DNA of 11,713 nt from Octopus sinensis. Its lineage: Eukaryota. Positions 1 through 7,651 of the stretch are shown piece after piece. The position numbers and the translations under genes are program-made. The notes beneath the pieces were generated by a model, which had not been told where the DNA came from, searched no databases, and saw only the letters and a program-made list of their open reading frames with translations. The stretch lies in the NCBI RefSeq assembly GCF_006345805.1, contig NW_021826869.1, positions 1-11,713 of the forward strand. Reading direction: 5' to 3'. Positions within the stretch are counted from its first letter, which is position 1. Each line of letters starts with the position of its first letter.

Positions 1-179
1 GCTGTGCAATTGGTACATACTTCATTGAACAAAGATTTCTATATAAAGCCAATTATTCCATCATCAGAGAGGAAGAATTAAAGAATATTCTTTATAAAGG
101 ATATCAGAGGTTGCCAGGCCCATTGTGAAAAAGAGCACTCATTATATACATTATGTTATAAGACTCAATCTAATCTGTA

Positions 180-183
<4 letters not shown>

Positions 184-239
<56 letters not shown>

Positions 240-275
240 CTATACTATATATATATATATATACACATACACACA
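184..275 (+). repeat. Compound (CT)n-(TA)n-(CA)n microsatellite
   Basis: Dinucleotide runs read directly. Confidence 0.97.
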
Positions 276-276
276 A

Positions 277-433
277 CTGGCTTGTTTCAGTTTGCATCTA
301 CCAAATCCACTCACAAGGTTTTGGTCAGCCCAAGGTTATAGTAGAAGACACTTGCTTAAATGGTGCCATGCTGTGGTACTGAACCTAAAACCATATGGTT
401 GGGAACCAAACTTCTTACCACACAGCCATGCCT
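277..433 (-). mobile_element. tRNA-derived SINE, 5' module only (family 1)
   Basis: Minus strand has Pol III A-box TGGCTGTGTGG (418-428) and B-box GGTTCAGTACC (375-385). Body aligns with 8090-8210 (TCTACCAAAYCCACTCACAAGG...GAAGAC.CTTGC). Ends in a microsatellite. Confidence 0.9.
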
Positions 434-589
434 ACCTCCCCCCCTCCTCTCCTCTCTCTCTATATATATATATATCATTATTTACTATGTATCATCATCA
501 TCATTGTCATTTGTGGTTTGTCTTCCATACCATGCAGTCAGGATGGTTCAATGGAATCTGATGAGTTTCAGGATTGCGTCATAGTGGTA

Positions 590-765
590 TGTGTACACAC
601 ATATAAACATACATATGTGGATGCGTATATACATATATATATATATACATACATACATACAAATATGTGTGTATGTGCGTATATGTATGTGTTTAATTTA
701 TATATATATATATATGTTGTGTGTGTGTGTATGTTATATATGTAATTGTGTGTGTGTATGTATGT

Positions 766-817
<52 letters not shown>

Positions 818-980
818 TTACACAAAATAACATATGTGTATATGTAGTGTAGGTATAATATTTGTATGTGTGTGTGTGGTCTATATATACATATATTCCC
901 TGATTATATGGCTGGTCTGTGTGTATGTACATATATATATATATATATAATACATACATAGATATATATATGTGTGTGTG
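590..980. repeat. Degenerate compound (TA)n/(TG)n/(TACA)n microsatellite field
   Basis: Alternating purine-pyrimidine runs; explains the YI/CV-rich ORFs. Confidence 0.95.
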
Positions 981-1189
981 GATGTGCTGCAATGTTGTGG
1001 GACGCAATCCCCTCCGTCCTCCCCGACTCCCCTTCCATACGACTATCAAAGGACCTTATACTACTGCATATTATTATATAAACTGACCCCTTCAAGCTAT
1101 TTACTAATCACCATCAAGAAGTATTGTCATGTGGACCCTAACCTCAACCTCCACTGACTCTTACACAGCCCCCAATTCACATCACTGTC

Positions 1190-1271
1190 CCCTCTCTTTC
1201 TCTCTCTCTCTATATATATATTTCTCTCCCTTTCTCCTTATCTCTGTCTGTCTCTCTCTTTGTTTCATATA

Positions 1272-1311
<40 letters not shown>

Positions 1312-2027
1312 TTACTCACCCTCTCTGCTGTGTCTGCCTTTCTAATTTATCTCTCTCTCTGACTCTCTCCTTTTTTCCCTTGTCACTCTGCTCTATCTCA
1401 TTCTCATTACAGTCTATCTCTGCTATCTCTCTTATCTTTACAACCCCCCTCTCTCTCTCTCTCTCTCTCTGTCTTCTATGCTATCTCCCTCTTTGTTACC
1501 TCCTTCCTAATATAAATCCTATACTGTCTCTCTCCCTCTCTTTCCTTCTGTCTCTCACTTATCTCTGCTAATACTCCCTCTCTAATATATGCTGTGTCCC
1601 CCCTCTCTCTCTCACATATCAACTTCTCTACTCTCTTGTGTCTGTCTCTGCTATACCTCTTACTCTTTTATCTTCACTGCCCACCACCTCTCATTCCTCT
1701 CTCTCTCTCTTCTCCTTATATGCTCTTCCACACGCTCTCCCCCCCCCCCCAGTTTTCCCTATTTCCTATCTTGCCTGATTCTCTCTTCTGTTACTACTTT
1801 CAGTCTCCCCCTCCCAATCTTTTCTTGTCCTCTCTCTCTCTCTCTCATATCTCTATTCTTTCTCCTCCTCTCTCCCATATCTTCTGATATTTTATAGTTA
1901 TACTCCCCCTCTCACTTACATATCTGCTGTTCCTTCTCACTCCCACCACAGTGTGTATTTATTGACTTTCTCCTCTCTCTCTCTCACATCGCCTCACTCT
2001 CTTTCATTTCTGTCTTTTCCCTCTCGT

Positions 2028-2058
<31 letters not shown>

Positions 2059-2090
2059 CTTATAATTAAACTCTTTTCCTTTTTTTTCTT
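1190..2090 (+). repeat. CT-rich polypyrimidine low-complexity tract with embedded (TA)n at about 1272-1307
   Basis: Repeated (CT)n runs with very few G on the + strand. Confidence 0.95.
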
Positions 2091-2134
2091 TCTGGTTATT
2101 ATGATTAGAAAATTTACCTATCCATCCATAGGCA

Positions 2135-2345
2135 AGGCATAGAAATAACAGCCAAATTTGTTACAGATTGCATGTTTTTGTTTTAAAACAGGAAGGACAC
2201 ATAGGATAATGTAGTTCTAAATATATACAATTTCTGGATTTAAAAAAAAAAAGGCAATTGATCATTGCTGGAACATTTTTGATCCTATTCTGCTTGACCT
2301 AGGGTTATATAACTACAAAAACAGCAGCAGCAGCAGCAGTAGTAA
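2135..2345 (+). mobile_element. Degenerate copy of a ~220-bp retroposon-like element (family X) with simple-repeat tail
   Basis: Collinear with the reverse complement of 5392-5613: TAGAAATAACAGCCAAA (2140-2156), TTTTAAAACAGGAAGG...GGATAATGTAG, and GATCATTGCTGGAACATTTTTGATC (2260-2284; 21/25 to the array unit). (CAG)n tail. Confidence 0.7.
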
Positions 2346-2395
2346 CTTAACTGATGAAAGAAGAAGGATGCTTTGGATTATGTACTTCTAGAAAC

Positions 2396-2902
2396 ACTAG
2401 ATGGGATGGTCATGGTTGGAACATCTTTGATTATAGATCAGATGGATCTGATCTGGGGATCAAACAACATCAACAACACTAATGTTATATAATGTAGGGC
2501 GAGATACACCACATTTGAATAATTGAGCGGATGGTCACGGTTGGAACATCTTTGATCAGGGCTGACCTGAGGGTAAACACATAGATGCTGACAGCACTAC
2601 TGACTAGATGGGATGGTCACGGTTGGAACCTCTTTGATAAGGGCTGACCTGAGGGTAAACACATATATGCTGACAGCACTACTGACTAGATAGGATGGTC
2701 ATGGTTGGAACATCTTTGATTATAGATCAGATGGATCTGATCTGGGGTCAAACAACATCAACACTGATGTTATATAATGTAGGCCGAGATACACTACATT
2801 TGAATAATTGACTGGATGGTCACGGTTGGAACATCTTTGATCAGGGCTGACCTGAGGGTAAAATGCTGACAGCAGTACTGACCTGCTAGAAATGGCAGCG
2901 AA
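2396..2902 (+). repeat. Higher-order tandem array (A-B-B-A-B) built from family X 3' ends
   Basis: 28-mer GGATGGTCAYGGTTGGAACATCTTTGAT starts at 2404, 2529, 2611, 2693 and 2814 (spacing 125, 82, 82, 121). The intervening sequences are themselves repeated. Confidence 0.93.
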
Positions 2903-2971
2903 GGGAAAGGAATTATTTTAAGTCATGTTAAATAAGTTTGGTTAGTGATGGAGAGTATTTCTTTCTGTTAC

Positions 2972-3268
2972 TTCATTGGTTACGAGTTGTCCCGTTGACC
3001 CAATCGAAATTAACATGCAAGTGGCTGAGTACTCCACAGACACGTGTACCCTTATCATAGTTCTCAGGGAAATTGAGTATGGCACAGAATGGGGGACAGA
3101 GCTGCCCTTATGAAATATAGGTACAATTCATTTTTGCCAGCTGAGTGGACTGGAGCAACATGAAAATAAAGTGTCTTGCTCAAGGACACAATGCATCACC
3201 AGGAATTGTACTCCTGGCCTTATGATTGTGAGCCAATTACCCTAACCACTAAGCCACGTGCCTTCACT
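2972..3268 (-). mobile_element. tRNA-derived SINE, near full length (family 2 head, tail type I)
   Basis: Minus-strand A-box TGGCTTAGTGG (3246-3256), degenerate B-box at about 3201-3213, then GTCCTTGAGCAAGACACTTT...CCAGTCCACTCAGCTGGCAAAAATGA, shared with the copies at 4270 and 6846. The exact 3' end is from recalled consensus. Confidence 0.85.
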
Positions 3269-3289
3269 CAAGTGGATTCCTTGATTCTA

Positions 3290-3600
3290 AGTAAGGATAA
3301 CGAGTGCATATGTATGGGTTATTTGAGGGAAGCATTGAGTGAGAGTAGGCTGTATGACGGTGGTTCACTTGAAGTTGAGTGAGGGTAGGTTCTATAATGG
3401 CAGTTCACATGGAGTGAGGATAAGTTGTATAATGGTAGTTCATGGAAGTTGAGTGAGGGCAGGTTGTATGATGGTGGTTCACTTGAAGTTGAGTGAGGGT
3501 CGGTTGTATGATGATTCACTTGAAGTTGAGTGAGGGTAACAAGTGTGCATGTATGGGTTATCTGAGGGAACGTTGAGTGAGGGTAGGTTGTGCAATGATG
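3290..3600 (+). repeat. G-rich minisatellite, unit about 35-47 bp (TTGAGTGAGGGTAGGTTGTATGATGGTGGTTCACTTGAAG)
   Basis: GAGTGAG anchor at 3337, 3377, 3412, 3451, 3491, 3528 and 3575. Confidence 0.92.
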
Positions 3601-4061
3601 TGTTAATTGAAGCAAAGGTGAGAGAAGGTAATTAGTGGTGGACTGAGTTAATTAAAGTTAAGTAAGCTTAGCTAATGTATTGGGGTCATTAACTTGAAAG
3701 AATGTTAAATGAAAGGGAGCTGGTTAAGGAATAGCTGGACTAAACAAGGCTGGACAGGGATCAGAGAAATGATGTGACATATAACACCAGGGGCTGTGTG
3801 GATGGTTCTGTAAACAGACGGAGAAGCTGGGGTAGAGAGATGGTTAGGGTAGGAGGTGGTCAGTAATGAAGATTTTAAGGAATTATGGAGAGATTAGGAT
3901 GTCCCCTTATGGTGGGAGAGAAAGAGAGAGAGAGAGTCCTAAACTCTACAGATTTTCAAACACTCTTCTAACTTTGGTATTTTGAAGAGAGAGAGGGGAA
4001 AAAAATGTGGATGATGGTATGGGGGGAAGGGCAGCAATGGTAGCAGGGGTGGCAGCGGTAA

Positions 4062-4088
4062 TGGTGGTGGTGGTGGTGGTGGTGGTGG
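4062..4088 (+). repeat. (GGT)n microsatellite
   Basis: Read directly. Confidence 0.95.
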
Positions 4089-4269
4089 GACACTGATGAT
4101 AATGGCAACCATACGAGATGTCCTTCAGCTGGCACAAGGTAGTTAACAGATTTGTAGATGAAACAGGTTGTTGTATGGACGACAGGTTTGTCAGCAGCAC
4201 GCACACCTGGTTCATAGATCACTGGTCACCCTTGCTGATATTTGAACTCAGTACATAGAGGATGGGGGA

Positions 4270-4490
4270 GGTTTTGTGATTAGGGTGTTGCATTCACAAA
4301 CTGATGACCAGGTGGTGCAGTGTGTTCTTGAGCAAGACTCTTCGTTCCACATTGGTCCAACCCACTCAGCGGTTAAGAAAGCAACCCTGTGAAGGACCAG
4401 CGTCCTGTACAGGGGTAATATTGTGGTCTGTGTCGCTTATATGCCATAGGAAATTGGTGACCAGCCTGATGAGACCAAAGGGGGTCAAAA
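4270..4490 (+). mobile_element. Degraded tRNA-derived SINE (family 2 head, tail type II)
   Basis: GTGTTCTTGAGCAAGACTC...CCCACTCAGC matches the 2972-3268 element. GTCCTGTACAGGGG (4402-4415) matches GTCCTGTCCAGGGG (7008-7021). Both end near TCAAAA. Confidence 0.75.
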
Positions 4491-4591
4491 TAGAATTATA
4501 ACTTGGATGTTAAAGGGTGATGATGATGATGACGAAGTGAGTGGAACCTTGAAATAAGCTCAACCATTGTCTACCAGCATCACAATAGAAA

Positions 4592-4611
4592 TGGTGGTGG
4601 TGGTGGTGGTG
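4592..4611 (+). repeat. (GGT)n microsatellite
   Basis: Read directly. Confidence 0.95.
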
Positions 4612-4656
4612 TAATGATATTGGCTGGATTTGAAACCTCCACCAGTGTCTTTTTAG

Positions 4657-4875
4657 CTAGCCAAAACAACAAAGAGTCATCTTCTACGCAATGTTTGGTT
4701 GGTGATGCCGGAGGCCCTGGCTGGACTCGAACACTCCACCGACGTCTCTGTCCGGCTGGCCACTACATTGGGTGGGTCGAGGGGAGGTTGTCGTCTTCTT
4801 CTTCTTTCCGCAAAGCATGCACTGAACAGTATTCACCTCCAACCACAAAAGATTAAAACTGTTCATCAGATCTGA
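4657..4875. other. CpG-rich unique island; candidate exon or regulatory element, product unassigned
   Basis: 9 CpGs in 4681-4810. Several frames are open on both strands. Possible + acceptor GTGTCTTTTTAG ending 4656 and donor TGG|GTGGGT at 4771/4772. No recognisable domain. Confidence 0.3.
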
Positions 4876-4934
4876 CCAATCACATATTCTCCTTCTATAA
4901 TACTTTATAATCCCACTCCGTAGAGTCATCGGTG

Positions 4935-4978
4935 ATTTATATACACATATATGTATATGTGTGTGTGTATACGTATAT

Positions 4979-5012
<34 letters not shown>
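4935..5012. repeat. (TA)n/(TG)n microsatellite
   Basis: Read directly. Confidence 0.95.
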
Positions 5013-5015
<3 letters not shown>

Positions 5016-5164
5016 TGAAACCATGGCGACTGAAGAAGGGGTTTTTTCTTTGTGTTATTTGTCCTGTACTCTATTTTTTTGTTGTTTAAAAAAATGTCCA
5101 GTCCTTGGGTTTGTGTCTATGTTTTCGTTTCTCATTGTGTTCGACGTCCTTTTGGTGTCCTGTA

Positions 5165-5241
5165 CTCATATATGCGTGTATATATACATGTAGAGGTAGG
5201 TACGTACATATATGTTTATATATATGCATATGTTTTATTTA

Positions 5242-5277
<36 letters not shown>

Positions 5278-5335
5278 ATATACATGTGTGTACATATATG
5301 TGTGTGTGTGTGTGTGTATACATATATATGTATTA
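5165..5335. repeat. (TA)n/(TG)n compound microsatellite
   Basis: Read directly. Confidence 0.9.
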
Positions 5336-5391
5336 GAGAGAAAGAGTGTGTAATTATGTGTTTATGCTGTTGTATGTATTCGTGTATATGT

Positions 5392-5613
5392 TGATGTTGT
5401 TGTTATTTAGCCCTAGGCTGCACTAATTGATAAGCCTGTGATCAAAGACATTCCGGCCGTGTTATCCTATTTCATTTTCAGGCGCCATATAGGGTTACAT
5501 TATCTAAAGTATCCCTTTCCTTTTTAAAAGATGATACAGTGTCAGTTTTAGGGGGGGGTCTGACTGCTATTTCTAGCAGGACAAATAACTATGCAAAGAC
5601 TTTCTAGTTGGCT
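5392..5613 (-). mobile_element. Family X retroposon-like element with (AAC)n tail
   Basis: Reverse complement reads ...CCTGCTAGAAATAGCAGTCA...TTTTAAAAAGGAAAGGG...GATAATGTAA...GGATAACACGGCCGGAATGTCTTTGATC...CTAAATAACAACAAC, homologous to 2135-2345 and to the array 28-mer. Confidence 0.8.
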
Positions 5614-5643
5614 CATGTGTGTGTATTGTACACAAACATACAC

Positions 5644-5682
<39 letters not shown>

Positions 5683-5868
5683 TACACACATGACACATGA
5701 ATCTATATATATATAGATAGATGATGATGATGATGGTGATGATGATGAGAGAACAAGAAACTCACAAACGTATACACTTATATACAAGTGCACACACACA
5801 CATACACACACACACACATACACACACACACACATACACAATCATACACACACACACACACACACACA
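5614..5868. repeat. Compound (TA)n/(CA)n/(GAT)n microsatellite
   Basis: Read directly. Confidence 0.95.
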
Positions 5869-5936
5869 AGCAGAGGCTTGAATCAATAAAGGATGGATGA
5901 AACTTCTCTTCCTGATGATGCAGCCAAGGGAAAATA

Positions 5937-6400
5937 ATGATGATTGTTGTGGTGGTGGTGGTGGTGGTGGTGGTGGCGATGGTGGTGATGGTGGTGGCAG
6001 CGACAGCGATGGTGGGGGTGATGATAGTGGTAGTGGTAGCGGCGGCGATGGTAGTGGTTGTGGTGGTGGTGGTGGTGGTGGTAGTGGTAGCAATGGTGGT
6101 GGTGGTGGTGGTGGTAGCAATGGTGGTGGTGGTGGTGGTGTTTATAGAGATGGTGATGATGATGATGTAGATGATAATCAGGATGATGATGTTTAATGAT
6201 GATACTGATTCTCTTGTTGCTGCTGGTGATGATGGTTGTGATTGTGATGGTGGTGGTGTTGCTGCTGGTGATTGTGGTGGGGAAAATAAGGATGGTCATG
6301 TTGTCGATGATGATGATGATGGTGATGAAGAGGTGCAGTAGAAGGTGATGTTACTAGTGCTGCTGTAGCTGCTGCTGATAATGATGATGATGATGATGAT
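5937..6400 (+). repeat. Long degenerate triplet field (GGT)n/(GAT)n/(GCT)n
   Basis: Triplet periodicity; explains the poly-G/V/P/H ORFs. Confidence 0.95.
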
Positions 6401-6448
6401 GCAATAAATCACAAACTGACCACAATCGGTCAGTCTGTGATTTATTGC
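6401..6448 (-). other. Near-perfect inverted repeat: 21-bp stem, 6-nt loop; candidate pre-miRNA-like hairpin or palindromic regulatory site
   Basis: GCAATAAATCACAAACTGACC-ACAATC-GGTCAGTCTGTGATTTATTGC, 20/21 Watson-Crick pairs. The single A6414:C6435 mismatch becomes a G-U pair on the minus-strand RNA. The repeat is certain; the function is not. Confidence 0.85.
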
Positions 6449-6845
6449 TAGTCATTAACGAGAGGCCAATTTAATTGGTCCCTCATGCTCTGCTGTAATC
6501 ACTGATCACTAGCTGAGGCCGAGTGTTATTATCATTACTGGTCATTAGCAAGAGACAGATGTAAAAGGTCCACTCTGCTTATAATTATTGACCGTTAACT
6601 TACTACAGTTCACTTGGTCACTGTGATAGCCTTAACCTGCCAGACACTCTCTTATTTACCTCCATTCTTTTTTTTTTTTCCTTTTTTTATTCTTATGGTT
6701 TGGTCGAAGTGAAAAGAGCAGTACACATGACCCTTTTCTAGGTTCCCAACAAGTCTTATAGGAGAAAAGGGAGGAGCTATTTTCAGTCCAAAGCATCGGC
6801 CTGAAGGCTCAAGATAAAGTGAACTCTACAAAAGGTTGCCACCCA

Positions 6846-7082
6846 AGGGTGCATGGCTAAGTAACTAGGGTGTTCGATTCGTGATTGTGAGACCGTGGTT
6901 TCAATCCCTGGACCAGGCGATGCATTGATTCTTGAGCACAACACTTTGTTTCATGTTGCTTCGGCCCCTGCCACTGGCAAAACTGAGCAATCCAACAATT
7001 GACCGATGTCCTGTCCAGGGGGCAAATATCTGCACCAGAGAGACTAGGAAACCAACCCTGTGAGTTCAGAAGACTCAAAAGG
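6846..7082 (+). mobile_element. tRNA-derived SINE (family 2 head, tail type II)
   Basis: A-box TGGCTAAGTAA (6854-6864), B-box GGTTTCAATCC (6897-6907), and GATGCATTG...CTTGAGCA...ACACTTT..TTTCATGTTGCT shared with the 2972-3268 element. Tail shared with 4270-4490. Confidence 0.85.
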
Positions 7083-7214
7083 TTCTTTGTCCTACCCTTT
7101 ATCCAAGGACCAACTGAGGATTGTTAAACCTGAAAATGAGAAAGGTCCTTTCAGTGAGTTCCATACAATTTCCATCTATTGAATTTTATTCATAAGGTTT
7201 TTCGTCAACCTTAA

Positions 7215-7651
7215 CCCTTAACATTCAGATTACTCTGCCAAATGTATGCTTACTTCGTCAACCTTTATTTTGAATTAATCATCCATTATTTTGTAGCTTT
7301 GAAATCTCAATAGTGTGAGTGTTTATTTTTAGAATGACATTGTAAGGTTTGTGTGAGAGGCCAGCTTTAACTGGTTTAACCCTTTTGTTACAAACCCGGC
7401 TGAAACCACCTCTGGCTCTGTAGTTCAAATGCCTTGTTTTCATAAGTTTCGAATTAAAATCTTCCACCAAACCTTAGTCATAATTTACGTTCCTAATACT
7501 AGCTGAATGATAACGAAATTATTTTACTAAATTCTTTGTTATATCAAAAGTAATTGAAAGGAAAACAGAGCATCTCAAAATAAATACTGTAACGAAAGGG
7601 TTAGACATAAAATAGGGAGACTATTTTGGCTGGATATGAAATGCTAAAGGG
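7215..7651. mobile_element. piggyBac-type MITE (outer, about 212 bp net), interrupted by a nested MITE
   Basis: TTAA (7211-7214) precedes left TIR CCCTTAACATT. Right TIR AATGCTAAAGGG (7640-7651) is followed by TTTA. CCC..GGG ends with a TTAA target are hallmarks of the piggyBac superfamily. Confidence 0.75.
7380..7600. mobile_element. piggyBac-type MITE (inner, 221 bp)
   Basis: TIRs CCCTTTTGTTAC (7380-7391) and GTAACGAAAGGG (7589-7600) match 11/12. Flanked by TTAA (7376-7379) and TTAG (7601-7604). Confidence 0.85.

Noticed and set aside
79-99. 16-bp palindrome TAAAGAATATTCTTTA and overlapping CTTTATAAAG
   Set aside because: AT-rich with no loop; plausible by chance and no supporting context.
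277-433. tRNA genes at the A/B-box heads (also 3200-3268 and 6846-6910)
   Set aside because: They continue into repeated SINE bodies, and I could not build a cloverleaf.
125-2090. ORFs of 61-116 aa in the first 2 kb
   Set aside because: Translations of (CT)n/(TA)n/(TG)n and SINE sequence (SLSL, YIYI, CVCV).
2396-2882. CRISPR array (28-bp repeats with spacers)
   Set aside because: Spacers are duplicated, 54-97 bp long and TE-derived; the repeat matches elements at 2260 and about 5440-5470; no cas genes; eukaryotic context.
3620-3910. G-rich stretch as a decayed LINE ORF on the minus strand
   Set aside because: Frames I translated have stops and no endonuclease or RT motifs.
5013-5050. Hammerhead ribozyme cores (CTGAAGA here; CTGATGA at about 5912)
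   Set aside because: No stem II closed by GAAA in the required geometry.
5842-6299. Poly-Pro/His/Gly/Val ORFs resembling formin, homeobox or glycine-rich proteins
   Set aside because: All frames are open because of the (GGT)n/(ACC)n field; no flanking domain or convincing splice sites.
6731-6771. 9-bp inverted repeat CCCTTTTCT/AGAAAAGGG as mini-MITE
   Set aside because: Short, low complexity, no TTAA target duplication.
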